Shown one piece after another: positions 10,996 through 20,921 of a stretch of DNA of 64,000 nucleotides. A program made the position numbers and the translations under genes. The notes beneath the pieces are model-generated. The model ran no database searches. It was not told the origin of the DNA and was given only the letters and a program-made list of their open reading frames with translations. Each line of letters opens with the position of its first letter. Positions within the stretch are counted from its first letter, which is position 1. The DNA lies in contig CAVQGX010000022.1 in NCBI GenBank assembly GCA_963712115.1, forward strand, positions 1 to 64,000, read 5' to 3'. This stretch comes from an uncultured delta proteobacterium (lineage in GTDB: Bacteria > Desulfobacterota > Syntrophobacteria > BM002).

Positions 10996-11251
10996 GAATC
11001 TTCCTCCTTTTGCAACAAGTGATTTCAATTTTGATCAGCCTTTTAACAACAAGCGGTGGTCATTACCGGGCTCCTCTTTGAATTGCCGGATAGACCATAT
11101 AGAACAAAACTATCTCCAAGCTGCGGTCAGTGCCCCTGAAACGGGAGAGGTGAGAAAAGCGATAAAACCTACCATATAAGTAGGGTGAAAACAAGAATTA
11201 TGATTAGAGAAGAATACCAGCCTTTCAAAATCTAATCAAGTCCACTTCGCC

Positions 11252-11381
11252 CCCCTGATCCACCATCAAGGAATCATCTGCGGCGTATTGCCCTATACGC
11301 CTCAGTCGTCGCTCCTCGGCGCCTTGCATCTAATACCTTGCTGGTGATCAGGAATACTCCATAAGCCGCTGATTTCAGTCC
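11252..11381. mobile_element. MITE-like family F (truncated next to a family B element)
   Basis: Near-identical blocks to 4331-4549. Confidence 0.65.
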
Positions 11382-11394
11382 TGATAACTAAATT

Positions 11395-11618
11395 GAGACT
11401 GTTCAATATTTTTTTTAACCAGATAAATCGATTAGTTACGACACCATGTTGTGGATAGTTATCCCCAAGAAATTCTCGGTAAAAGTCTGCTTGTGCCCTA
11501 GATTCCCGCTTTCGCGGGAATGACGACAGTATGCGATAGCCCGTCATCCCCGCGTAGGCGGGGATCCAGGCAGGTCAAAGCTTTAAGGCATTCAAAGATT
11601 GAATTATTGAACAGTCTT
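11395..11618. mobile_element. MITE family B (~225 bp) with dRS3-like internal palindromes
   Basis: Terminal inverted repeats GAGACTGTTCAATA / TATTGAACAGTCT; internal ATTCCCGCTTTCGCGGGAAT; inverted copy at 45902-46124. Confidence 0.8.
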
Positions 11619-11685
11619 AAATTGTCAAAGGATGAGTGATACACATATGATAGACTAGAAAATATTCCGCTTAAAGACTGCAATT

Positions 11686-12489
11686 ATGGAATACAAAGAG
11701 TTTCTCAGAACTACTCTCCCTCATCTTGGCCTAAGGTGGCGCCGTTTCAGGCGCAAATCCATACGTAAACGAATAATTGGCCGCCTGCAGGAATTGAACC
11801 TGCACTCTTGGAACCAATATCGTAGTCATGTTCTAGAAAATGAGGAGGAAAGACACCATCTCACAGGTATCCTGACTGTAACCATCTCTCGCTTTTGGCG
11901 AAACGCCCATCTATTTCAAGCACTGGAGAACACCTGGCTACCTGCTCTGCTTGAGTCCATGGCTCCTGACGAGTCGGTGCAAATCTGGTCGGCTGGCTGT
12001 GCCAGTGGAGAAGAACCCTACAGCCTCTTGATTCTCTGGCTTGAAAGCTTCGCAGGTTCAGGTCGTGAGTTGCGATTGCTGGCCAGCGACAGCGACAGCC
12101 ATTGCCTGGAAAGGGCCCAACAAGGGCGTCATCCGGCAAGCAGTTTCAGGGAGATGCCTCTCCATCTGCGGCAAAAGTACTGTACCAATGAAAAAGGGAC
12201 GTTTTACCTGCGTCACGATCTCTCCCAGATGATTGAGTGGTTTGAGCACAATCTGATCTGGGAAGTTCCTCCGCCGAATAACAATATCATTTTCTGCCGG
12301 AATCTAGTTTACACCTATTTTATGGATGAGCTGCAACACGAAATTACCCAACGATTTCACCAGACCCTTGCTCCCAAGGGATTACTTGTGGTTGGTCGTA
12401 AAGACCAACTGCCACCTGGCACGGAAGGGCTATTTCGCCTGGTAGATCATCCTCTGTATGAAAAGGTTGATATTGCCGAAATAGTCTAA
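11686..12489 (+). CDS. cheR: CheR-family protein-glutamate O-methyltransferase (orphan)
   Basis: TISRFWRN, IWSAGCASGEEPYS, IFCRNLVYTYF. Confidence 0.88.
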   Translation: MEYKEFLRTTLPHLGLRWRRFRRKSIRKRIIGRLQELNLHSWNQYRSHVLENEEERHHLTGILTVTISRFWRNAHLFQALENTWLPALLESMAPDESVQIWSAGCASGEEPYSLLILWLESFAGSGRELRLLASDSDSHCLERAQQGRHPASSFREMPLHLRQKYCTNEKGTFYLRHDLSQMIEWFEHNLIWEVPPPNNNIIFCRNLVYTYFMDELQHEITQRFHQTLAPKGLLVVGRKDQLPPGTEGLFRLVDHPLYEKVDIAEIV

Positions 12490-12654
12490 TCGCAATTCGC
12501 CTGGGGCATGGGGCATGGAGCATGGAGCATAGGGTAGGATTTCGAATTGCGAATTGCGAAACTAAAAATCCAATATCATCTGACTTCTGATCTCCGACCT
12601 CTGACTTTTCAGTGCTCCATGCCCTATGCCAGTGAGCGAAGGGACTTTACGGCC

Positions 12655-12683
12655 TTGACAGTTTATTAGTGGTTAGGTAAAAG
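12655..12683 (+). promoter_or_regulatory. candidate sigma70 promoter of the greA operon
   Basis: TTGACA-17 nt-TAAAAG. Confidence 0.5.
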
Positions 12684-12698
12684 GAGATGTTATGGGAG

Positions 12699-12736
12699 AC
12701 GCCCCGGCTGAAGAAAGGCCGGGGCGTTCAATTTTA
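12699..12736 (+). terminator. leader hairpin (possible attenuator) upstream of greA
   Basis: ACGCCCCGGC/GCCGGGGCGT 10-bp stem with an AT-rich tail. Confidence 0.5.
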
Positions 12737-12900
12737 ATAAAGGTCTATAATTCTATGCTGCGCGGGATTATAATCAGGAGCGAATATCTCCTCGACTGAA
12801 TCTGAGACGTTTTTTTATCTTTCTCAAGGGGTTAATATTTTCGCGACATTCCTGCGGTTACAGCTATGAATGGAAGTGACACTTGCACAAGGAGATATCT

Positions 12901-13383
12901 ATGAATCGCCTCCCCATAACCCGGGAAGGATATGATCGTTTGCGCGCTGAGTTACAAAGGCTAGAGCAAAAGGAGCGGGCTAAAGTGATCCAGGCCATTT
13001 CAGAGGCCCGTGAGCATGGCGACATAACTGAAAACGCGGAGTACGAAGCGGCCAAAGAAAAGCAGGCCATGCTCGAAGGCAAGATCAACGATTTACATAA
13101 CAAGCTCAGCCAGTGCGAAATAGTTGAGGTGGAGAAGGGCTCAACTGGACGGGTGACATTTGGTATTACGGTGGAACTGGAAGACCTAAACACGGGCGAA
13201 GAAATGCAATATCGCCTGGTAGGACCCTATGAAGCGGATTTGGCTCAAGGTACGATTTCAGTGACATCACCCATAGGTAGAGCCCTAATAGGCAAAGAGC
13301 CCGGGGATGAAGTTGAGGTCCAAACCCCTGGTGGGGTGAAAAACTTGGAAATACTCGATATTCACTATGCAGCAAAATCTTAA
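12901..13383 (+). CDS. greA: transcription elongation factor GreA
   Basis: AREHGDITENAEYEAAKE, ISVTSPIGRALIG. Confidence 0.96.
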   Translation: MNRLPITREGYDRLRAELQRLEQKERAKVIQAISEAREHGDITENAEYEAAKEKQAMLEGKINDLHNKLSQCEIVEVEKGSTGRVTFGITVELEDLNTGEEMQYRLVGPYEADLAQGTISVTSPIGRALIGKEPGDEVEVQTPGGVKNLEILDIHYAAKS

Positions 13384-15616
13384 TCCGCAGAGTGGTCTAG
13401 AAAATTTAAGGGAAACTCTGGATACGCTCACTGACGAACTGTCGCCCCTGTTCAGGGAAGATTCAGCCCAAGTGCTTTCGTGGCGTCGCAGTCTCGAAGC
13501 AGTCTCTGAGTCTCTACAGGACCAGACCCTGAGAATCGCTGTAGTGGGCCCGGTGAAATCCGGCAAGAGTACCTTCATTAATGCTCTACAAGGCAGAGAT
13601 CTGCTCAGGCGGGGAGCCGGAATCATTACCGCCTTTATTACCCGTATTCGAGCGGGCTCGGAGGAAAAAGGATGGGTCGAAATAAAGTCCTGGGAAGAGA
13701 TAAATGGTGAAGTCAACGAGGCACTATCAATGGTTGCTCTAAGTAAAGGCTCCGAGGGTTTCGCCATTACGGATCTGCGGCGACAGGAGGACCGTAATAG
13801 AATAGAGCAGTTACTCCAAGAGTTGAAGCAAGAAACCGTGGTTGGCGGGGAAACATTTGATCCCAACGTAGTTCTGATTAACGGTTATTTGAGCGGCTAC
13901 GATACGCTGAGTGAATACGTTAAAGATAAACCGGTTTTGCTTGAATTCAGAGCGGATGAACTCAATCGGCATCAGGCTTTTGTCAGCCAGGAATCGCAGG
14001 CAGTGTACCTCCGGAATATGGAACTGCAGTTACCTATCTCGTGGCTGGGCGAGATGGTGGAGATAGGTGATTGCCAGGGTAGTGATTCACCCAACCCCCT
14101 TCATTTTGCCCTGCTCCAGGAGTATCTACTCAGCAGTCATTACGTCCTTTACCTGATAAGCAGTCGGGTAGGGCTGCGACAAGCCGACTTAAAACTCATC
14201 GAAGCCATACGAATACTTCGAATGCTGCCGCAAACCCTCTTTGTTATAAATGCGGATTTTGATGAACATGGGGATGTTGATGGTCTGCAACAACTGCAAG
14301 GGAGAGTAAGAGAAGAGCTCAGTCTGCTGGTGTCCGAACCCAAGATCTACACTTTTTCTGCCCTGTTTCACTTGCTCGAGGCAGAAGAGAGCCTAAATGA
14401 TCTGTCCCCACGAGAGAGAAGGCGATTGGAGGGCTGGTACGAAGAAGAAGCAATGGTAGAGATGACGCGGCGGGACTACGAGCATTTTCGTAATGATTTG
14501 AAATATCTTGTCAATCGCGAGCGAAACAGAGTTCTCTATGGGGGAGTGTTGAGCCATTTGCAGCGGGTTAGCCGGAGCATGAAAGATTCAGTCAACACTA
14601 GACAGAGGCTGCTGTCTGAAGATCAGGAGGAGCTGCAAGTTTTAGCTGAGGAGATCAAGTTACGCCAGCAATCAGTGGCGGCGGCACTGAGCACCGTAGA
14701 ACATACCCTTAGCGGCCTTCGCGACTCATTAAAGGGAAAAATCGGCAAAGCTGTTGATTCCTATTTTGACACAAAGTACGGTCCGATTATAAACGACACC
14801 ATGCAACTGATAGAGAACTATCAGGCAAAGAACTTTGAGCGGATCAGGGCGGCTGAAACCAGGAAGCTCCTGGCGAACCTGTACCTGTTCTACCAGGATT
14901 TCAGGCAGATGCTCTCGCGCCACATAATTGATAAGGTTAATCTGAGAATTATCGATTTTGCCAAAAACGAAGAGGAAAATATCGAGAAAAAACTGATGGA
15001 GGCGGCCACTGGTTACTGGGATCTACTGGGGCAGGCACTCGGACAATACCAAAAGACTCTAACCAACAGGGGTCTGACACTCAGTTTGGTCGCCCCTGAA
15101 GGGCTACCTAAGCCAAAAAGTCCAACCATCAAACCGCCGCCTTTCTCTGCCTTTATCCAGCGCTCGGAGTCCTTGGGGAGGGGCTCTCTGCTGCTGAGGT
15201 TCAGTCTGAGACGTTTGGCTCAGCTCTTTTCAGGATTAAAGAACCGGGTTCTACGTCGAAACAGGGCAGGGACTGGAGAATCTGGTGAAGAGGCTTTTAG
15301 AGAGGCTGTCGCCCTTTTAAAAAAAGAAGCCCAGAACGAGTTGCTTGCTTACTTTAAAGATTACCGCCAAAACTTCAAGTTTGCCTATCTCTTTTCCTAC
15401 ACGGAGCAATACACTCAAGCCCTCCTCCGATTATTTCAAGACTTTGGCGAGGCTACAATGGTAGATATCGGCCATCTCCAGCAGGTTGCCCACAAGAAAG
15501 CCACCAGCCAAGAGGATACTACCGAGGACCTGGCCATCGTAAAGCACCGGCTCAATTACATGGAGGAAAATTTGCGCAGCCTTGAACAGAGTCTGGGTGT
15601 GGATTCACAAGGCTGA
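13367..15616 (+). CDS. bacterial dynamin-like GTPase
   Basis: P-loop GPVKSGKSTFINAL, G2 region GIITAFIT, G3-like DCQG, long helical C-terminus; 749 aa. Confidence 0.8.
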   Translation: MQQNLNPQSGLENLRETLDTLTDELSPLFREDSAQVLSWRRSLEAVSESLQDQTLRIAVVGPVKSGKSTFINALQGRDLLRRGAGIITAFITRIRAGSEEKGWVEIKSWEEINGEVNEALSMVALSKGSEGFAITDLRRQEDRNRIEQLLQELKQETVVGGETFDPNVVLINGYLSGYDTLSEYVKDKPVLLEFRADELNRHQAFVSQESQAVYLRNMELQLPISWLGEMVEIGDCQGSDSPNPLHFALLQEYLLSSHYVLYLISSRVGLRQADLKLIEAIRILRMLPQTLFVINADFDEHGDVDGLQQLQGRVREELSLLVSEPKIYTFSALFHLLEAEESLNDLSPRERRRLEGWYEEEAMVEMTRRDYEHFRNDLKYLVNRERNRVLYGGVLSHLQRVSRSMKDSVNTRQRLLSEDQEELQVLAEEIKLRQQSVAAALSTVEHTLSGLRDSLKGKIGKAVDSYFDTKYGPIINDTMQLIENYQAKNFERIRAAETRKLLANLYLFYQDFRQMLSRHIIDKVNLRIIDFAKNEEENIEKKLMEAATGYWDLLGQALGQYQKTLTNRGLTLSLVAPEGLPKPKSPTIKPPPFSAFIQRSESLGRGSLLLRFSLRRLAQLFSGLKNRVLRRNRAGTGESGEEAFREAVALLKKEAQNELLAYFKDYRQNFKFAYLFSYTEQYTQALLRLFQDFGEATMVDIGHLQQVAHKKATSQEDTTEDLAIVKHRLNYMEENLRSLEQSLGVDSQG

Positions 15617-15643
15617 GGGCTTCCTTCAAAATAGTTGTTGAGT

Positions 15644-16069
15644 ATGATCAGAAAGGTCCGACCTGCAGACTTTGATGAGCTTCTGAAGATAGAAGCTGAA
15701 GCCTTTCCAAAATCGCAGTACGATCTCGGACAATTCTGGAATCTCCATCAAACTTATCCAGACACCTTCCTAGTAGATCTATCTGACTTCATCAACGGCT
15801 ATATTGTCTTCAGCCTGGAAGGACACCTCATCTCCATGGCCGTGAGAGCGGAGCGAAGGCGAATGGGCACCGGTACCCGATTGGTGCAGGAGGCCATAAC
15901 CCACTGTGCCGGCAAGCCCTTGCTTCTCGAAGTTCGAGTAAGTAATGTGGGGGCGCAAGAATTTTACCTGGCTCTTGGTTTCAATTTTATAGGAAGGGCA
16001 AAGGGTTATTACCACGACGGGGAGGATGCTCTCCTCATGGAGCGGCCAGCCGCTCTTTCAAGCCGTTGA
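15644..16069 (+). CDS. rimI: ribosomal-protein-alanine N-acetyltransferase (GNAT)
   Basis: LLEVRVSNVGAQEFY...GYYHDGEDALLM. Confidence 0.8.
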   Translation: MIRKVRPADFDELLKIEAEAFPKSQYDLGQFWNLHQTYPDTFLVDLSDFINGYIVFSLEGHLISMAVRAERRRMGTGTRLVQEAITHCAGKPLLLEVRVSNVGAQEFYLALGFNFIGRAKGYYHDGEDALLMERPAALSSR

Positions 16070-16472
16070 AATCGTTCAAAACGTTCAAGTCGCCTGCCCG
16101 CCATCGCGAGCAGCTCAGGCGAGGCGAGCGGGTTCAAATCGTAAAGGCTAAGTAGCCAGGAGCTAGGAGCCAGGAGACAGAAGAAAGAGGGCAGCGCATA
16201 CGTTGGAGGTTGGAGGCAAAGATTAGAGGACAGACGACAGAGGACAGAGGGGAGAGGGTAAGATTTCGAATTTTGAATTGCGAATTTCGAAATTAGAAAT
16301 ACAAGAATATGTGTCTTCTGACCTCCGACTTCTGACCTCTCCTCTCTGTTGTCTGCCCTCGTCGCCGCGTCTCCGTCTCGCCGTTTCACCGCGTCTCTCA
16401 GAACTGCCTGCTGAGACTTACTTGCCCTATGCTCTATGCCTTATCACGGACAATTGTTAAAATCCTCCGAAC

Positions 16473-16624
16473 GAGGCTGTCCGACAACCTCTAAATTCCT
16501 CCCCCTTGACGGGGGAGGATAAAGGTGGGGGTGCTGAAATAATAGTTATTTTAACCATTTATTTTTCCCCCTTCCCTTAATCCCCTCCCGCCAGGGGAGG
16601 GGAAAGTAGTTGTCTGACAGCCTC
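16473..16624. mobile_element. MITE family A (complete)
   Basis: Terminal inverted repeats GAGGCTGTCCGACAAC / GTTGTCTGACAGCCTC around CCTCCCCC..GGGGGAGG hairpins. Confidence 0.8.
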
Positions 16625-16658
16625 GTTGGGGGGATTTTGAAGGCGTTGGACTCTTAAT

Positions 16659-17558
16659 TTAAGTCTTATAGAGGGTAGGCTTAGCGTCGGTAATTATTTC
16701 TTGATTCTGGACATAAGCCTGCTCCACGTAAGCGGGCATATGGAAAAGTGTTTGGAGGAAGGGTGGGGTGAGGTATGCAAGCTTGAATTTCTGTCTTCGC
16801 AATCGTTTTCCCAAGTCTGAAAAACTTGGCTTTTTTACCTTGGAAGCTAGAATGAAGCTGTGCATGCAATGAAAGGAGGGCAGCATATAAGGGTAGGAAA
16901 TCACCCAGGGAAACACCGAGGAGATGGTGTTATAAATTCTGGCATGGAGTGTCAGCTTAGTAGGCTGTAGGTCCGTCCCTTGAAAACAACCGATCCCCTC
17001 CTTTCCCAAGCGGCGGTATATCAGTTGATAGAATTCTCGGGTGAAGAGATATATTGCCGGGCTATCTTCGGTCGGGTCATTCAGATCCACCATAATCACA
17101 TCAAAAGTCTCTTCTGTCTGTTCAAGGAACTGGCGCCCGTCGCCGATGTGGAGTTGCAGACGAGGATCTTCATAAGCTCCGTTGCTCCAGGAGCTCAGAT
17201 GTTGTTTGCAGACTTTCACCAACTCTTCATCGATATCCACCATGACGATACGACTGACATCTTGATATTTAGCTACCTCCCTGATAGTTGCGCCTTCAGC
17301 ACCACCAACAATACAGACACTTCTGGGATTAGGATGAAGGAGCATGGCTGGGTGGACCAAGGATTCGTGGTAAATGAATTCGTCCTTTTCGGCTGATTGA
17401 GCTATACCGTCAAGGAATAGCATCCGGCCGTATTCTTCTGTGTCCACGATGTCGATTCTGGCATAACTGGAGCGGCCTGAATAGACAGTTCGCAGGCAGC
17501 GATAGTTGATGACAAGATTTGTAGAGCCATCCTCGGCGAACCAGACGGGGTCATTCAT
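16659..17558 (-). CDS. speE: polyamine aminopropyltransferase (spermidine synthase)
   Basis: LFLDGIAQSAEKDEFIYHESLVHP, VGGAEG, VDID, DVIMVDLNDP; ATGA overlap with speH. Confidence 0.93.
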   Translation of the reverse strand: MNDPVWFAEDGSTNLVINYRCLRTVYSGRSSYARIDIVDTEEYGRMLFLDGIAQSAEKDEFIYHESLVHPAMLLHPNPRSVCIVGGAEGATIREVAKYQDVSRIVMVDIDEELVKVCKQHLSSWSNGAYEDPRLQLHIGDGRQFLEQTEETFDVIMVDLNDPTEDSPAIYLFTREFYQLIYRRLGKEGIGCFQGTDLQPTKLTLHARIYNTISSVFPWVISYPYMLPSFHCMHSFILASKVKKPSFSDLGKRLRRQKFKLAYLTPPFLQTLFHMPAYVEQAYVQNQEIITDAKPTLYKT

Positions 17559-17950
17559 GCTGCATCCTGGTCGGGCTTGTGTTTTATTTGGGACTGGGGC
17601 AGGTCTAAGATGCCGCGCTTTACCTCCATGACAGATGTGTTTGCGGCTTTCAGGTTTTCCTTCAAGTAGTTGAGTGCCTTGTGGCCGTCTACACTGTCGC
17701 CGCAGGTAAAGATGTCCAGGGCGCAATAACCGTATTCCGGCCAGGTGTGCAATGAGAAATGGGATTCGGCGACTACCACTACTCCGGTAATGCCATGGGG
17801 AGAAAATTGGTGGAAGAATGGTTGGATGACGGTGGCACCGGAAAGCTCGACCGCTGTCAGCAGATGCTTTTCAAGGGTTTTGAGCTCGTTTAGGATGGAG
17901 CGGTCGCACTGAAAAAACTCGATAATCAGATGTTTTCCAAGTGATTTCAT
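17555..17950 (-). CDS. speH: S-adenosylmethionine decarboxylase proenzyme (class 1B)
   Basis: VVAE/SHFSLHTWPE self-cleavage site, DIFTCG. Confidence 0.94.
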   Translation of the reverse strand: MKSLGKHLIIEFFQCDRSILNELKTLEKHLLTAVELSGATVIQPFFHQFSPHGITGVVVVAESHFSLHTWPEYGYCALDIFTCGDSVDGHKALNYLKENLKAANTSVMEVKRGILDLPQSQIKHKPDQDAA

Positions 17951-18173
17951 CTTCCCTACTGGTGTCTCGGCTGGTTCAGGTCATACCTTCACCTTATGTT
18001 TCGGGCTCAATGAACAAACTTGCACAGCCATATTAAACCATGGTGGAGAATAAAAGTTCTCTCCTTGAGGGAAAAAAATCAGTGTTTTCGTTTGCTGAAC
18101 CCGGACTGTGCAAAAGGAAAAACGCTAGCTCAAAACCTTAAGAAACTTGTTATAAAATTGCAACAAAAATTTT

Positions 18174-19025
18174 TTACTCTCTCGGCTCCAGCCACTCGCC
18201 CTCGCGAAGATAGCCTAAGCAGATCGACTTCAGCTCCTTCTTTTGTTCGAGGAACCTCTCTTTCATCCCCTGCAGCCAATGCAGGTGTCGCCGGGCACCC
18301 TCCAGAGTAAGAAAAAAGTGGTCCTCCGCTGGCTCCACGGCGAAAGAGACCCGGCCGTCTGTGATATCGACCCTGCCAGGACTACTGCAGGTCATGCAGC
18401 GGACCTGCTCTGACTCAAAAAAGCGAAAAGTGTCGCCACCGCAGGCTTGGCAGCGCCAGGGCTGGCTCTGCCAGTCAGGAGGAGGACCGAACAGTGCTCT
18501 GGCCAAACTCGCCGCTGTTTGCAAATTGTCCTGGTTCATGAGCACTTCACCCGGAAGGGCGCCGTAGACCACTTCGCTGCCTTTTGGCTGTGCTCCCATG
18601 AGCCGAAGGGCACTGTCCAAGCAGAGTTTGGCGTAGCCCTCCATGCCAGGCATGCCGGCAATTGCCACGGCCACAGCGGGTTTAGCCCAAAGCTGTTCAA
18701 AATGGCCGTAAAATGAGAGGCCTCTATCCAAAAACCGCTTGAGGCTGGCATTGGCTGCAAGCATATAAACCGGGACAGCCAAGATAAGCCCGTCGGCCTT
18801 GAGCAGGGCTTCGAGGATTTTGGGGAAATCGTCTCCCTGCGGGCAGGTGTGTTCATCGAACAAGCAGGTGTAGCATGCCCGGCATGGTCTGATGTCCATA
18901 TCTGGAAGGCGAACTAGCTTCAACCTGTGTGGTTCTGGAATTTGGCGACTAATTTCCTTAGCCATTAATTCACTGTTGCCGAGCCTTCTGGGTGAACCCA
19001 GTAAAGCCAAAACTTCCATGGCCAA
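18174..19025 (-). CDS. flavodoxin-family (iron-sulfur flavoprotein-like) protein with a C-terminal Cys-rich domain
   Basis: GSPRRLGNS, CRACYTC...C, C-terminal CQACGG/CMTC. Confidence 0.82.
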   Translation of the reverse strand: MAMEVLALLGSPRRLGNSELMAKEISRQIPEPHRLKLVRLPDMDIRPCRACYTCLFDEHTCPQGDDFPKILEALLKADGLILAVPVYMLAANASLKRFLDRGLSFYGHFEQLWAKPAVAVAIAGMPGMEGYAKLCLDSALRLMGAQPKGSEVVYGALPGEVLMNQDNLQTAASLARALFGPPPDWQSQPWRCQACGGDTFRFFESEQVRCMTCSSPGRVDITDGRVSFAVEPAEDHFFLTLEGARRHLHWLQGMKERFLEQKKELKSICLGYLREGEWLEPRE

Positions 19026-19042
19026 GTTTCCTTTCTAAACCC

Positions 19043-20740
19043 TCATTCTACAGTCAAGCCAAGTACCCGATAGTTGAACTCATAACTGAGAGCGTTGCTC
19101 CAATCAGCTTGGTATACTCCCTTGTAGCGTGTGCCCTCAACAGGTCCAACAGGCTTGCCGTAGGTATAGAACCAGTTTATGATAGGGCTCCCGGTAAATC
19201 CTAGAGCTATCCAATAGGAGCCCGGCATGAGAACAGGTTTGTCCCGACCGAAGTCAAAATCCAGCCAGCGATAACCAGGTTTCATTGAGAGCTGACTTAG
19301 ACTGATAAAGTCACTGGTGGCAATTAGAGCTCCCGGCTTCATGTTCTTGTCCTCGAGTAGTTCAACCCAAAGTTGCCCATCTCCTCCAAACCTGTGAAGT
19401 GCTAGGCCTATTTTTTCCAGCTTCACGGGTTTTCGTAACTCGAAAACCTGAGCGTACTGAATTAGTTTGGTGGTAACGTATTCTGCGGTTTCCACGAGAA
19501 AATTTCGGGTCATTTGGTAACGGTTGGTCCCAACCGTACTTGCCGGGCCATGGGGAAAAGCGAAATCGACGTTTTCCGGGAATTCGAGGTTGCCATAAAG
19601 GAATGGGACCAGGAAACGAAGTTTGTCTCGATCTTTCTCAGGTATAACCGGCGGTGGTGGTGGCGGTGGTACTATTATTTCCTTAAATGTTGCCTCCACC
19701 GGAGGAACGAGAAGGAGGTTTTTGGGACCGTACTGCTGGGGAGTACCGGTGATTTTCACCAGGTCACTGGCAAAATCAGCACTAATTGACTCTTGCAGCG
19801 AGGGTTTACCTTCACTTCCTGATACTTGAGACCAGCGCAAAAGCCCGTCATTTATGGTCTCATTGTTGTCGATTCCAATCTCCACCCTGACATAACGATT
19901 TGAGACAAAAAGCTCGGTTTGCTGCGCATCGAAAGGAACCCAGCCCAAATCCTCAAACCAAACCTCAATCCAGGAGTGACGCCCTTGTCCCATCTTGAAG
20001 GTTAACACCCCCCCTTCCCTAGAGACATTGAATGGCTGATTTAAGGTAACACCGTTTACAATGCGTACAGGGATTCCCACCGCTCGCATAAGGGCTGCAC
20101 TGAGGTGCGAGAAATTCTGACAGTTGCCCTTGCGTTCCTGGAGAGCATAAATGGCGTCATATTCTTTTGGCGGCGTAACATAACGGACATTGTCCACTAT
20201 CCAGGTAAGTAGTCGCTGAACTGCATCGAATTGAGTGGTAACCCCATCAGTGAGTTCCTTGGCGAGCTTGCGGATGCGCTGATCATTGGACTGCACTTGG
20301 GCGGTGGCCTTGAGATAAGGGCTCATCTCAGAGGGAACCTTGCGCAAGGGGAAAGGAGTTCCAGTCTGGAGTTGTTGGAGGTTCGTCTGGTTTTGCGCTC
20401 TGAAGGAGATACGAGCGATGACTTCAGAAGGTGGAGGATTCCAAGTAGCAGTTATGATCTGGTTTCCCCTCTGGTCCTCCGACTGTTTTTCCTCTTTGGG
20501 CTCGGGAGAAAAAGCTAATTTGAAACCGCGGATCTCTTGGTTATAGGTGGGAGAAACGAAGGTCGGAGGCACTACAAAACTCAAGACCAATTTTCGCGTT
20601 CCCGGCCCATTTCTTACCTGTTGCTGGAGTTCGTAGACGATATCTGATCCCATCTGTCCTTCAAGGACATAGTTCTCGGCAAGGCAGGAAGCCCCGGGTA
20701 CAAGGAACAAAACGAGGAGAAGAAGAACGATCTTTTTCAT
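19043..20740 (-). CDS. exported transglutaminase-like domain protein
   Basis: Signal peptide MKKIVLLLL; Cys-His-Asp triad in GNCQNFS / HSWIEVW / FDAQQ; poly-Pro linker and a C-terminal beta-rich domain. Confidence 0.85.
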   Translation of the reverse strand: MKKIVLLLLVLFLVPGASCLAENYVLEGQMGSDIVYELQQQVRNGPGTRKLVLSFVVPPTFVSPTYNQEIRGFKLAFSPEPKEEKQSEDQRGNQIITATWNPPPSEVIARISFRAQNQTNLQQLQTGTPFPLRKVPSEMSPYLKATAQVQSNDQRIRKLAKELTDGVTTQFDAVQRLLTWIVDNVRYVTPPKEYDAIYALQERKGNCQNFSHLSAALMRAVGIPVRIVNGVTLNQPFNVSREGGVLTFKMGQGRHSWIEVWFEDLGWVPFDAQQTELFVSNRYVRVEIGIDNNETINDGLLRWSQVSGSEGKPSLQESISADFASDLVKITGTPQQYGPKNLLLVPPVEATFKEIIVPPPPPPPVIPEKDRDKLRFLVPFLYGNLEFPENVDFAFPHGPASTVGTNRYQMTRNFLVETAEYVTTKLIQYAQVFELRKPVKLEKIGLALHRFGGDGQLWVELLEDKNMKPGALIATSDFISLSQLSMKPGYRWLDFDFGRDKPVLMPGSYWIALGFTGSPIINWFYTYGKPVGPVEGTRYKGVYQADWSNALSYEFNYRVLGLTVE

Positions 20741-20921
20741 TGGACTACCTCTGGTCTTGGCAGGTGATGGCAGGAAGCATGGAGCATAGGGAAAAACAGC
20801 TGGCAGCTGACAGCAGGCAGCGGGCAGCATTGACGATTTCGCATCTCGGATCTCGGATTTTAAATTGCGGGCCCACTTTCTGTCTCCTGTCTCCTGTCTC
20901 CTGGATTCTGAATTCTTTATT

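Noticed and set aside
11686-12489. Orphan cheR as a novel signalling system
   Set aside because: Stand-alone CheR paralogs are common in this group and no receptor or partner gene is adjacent.
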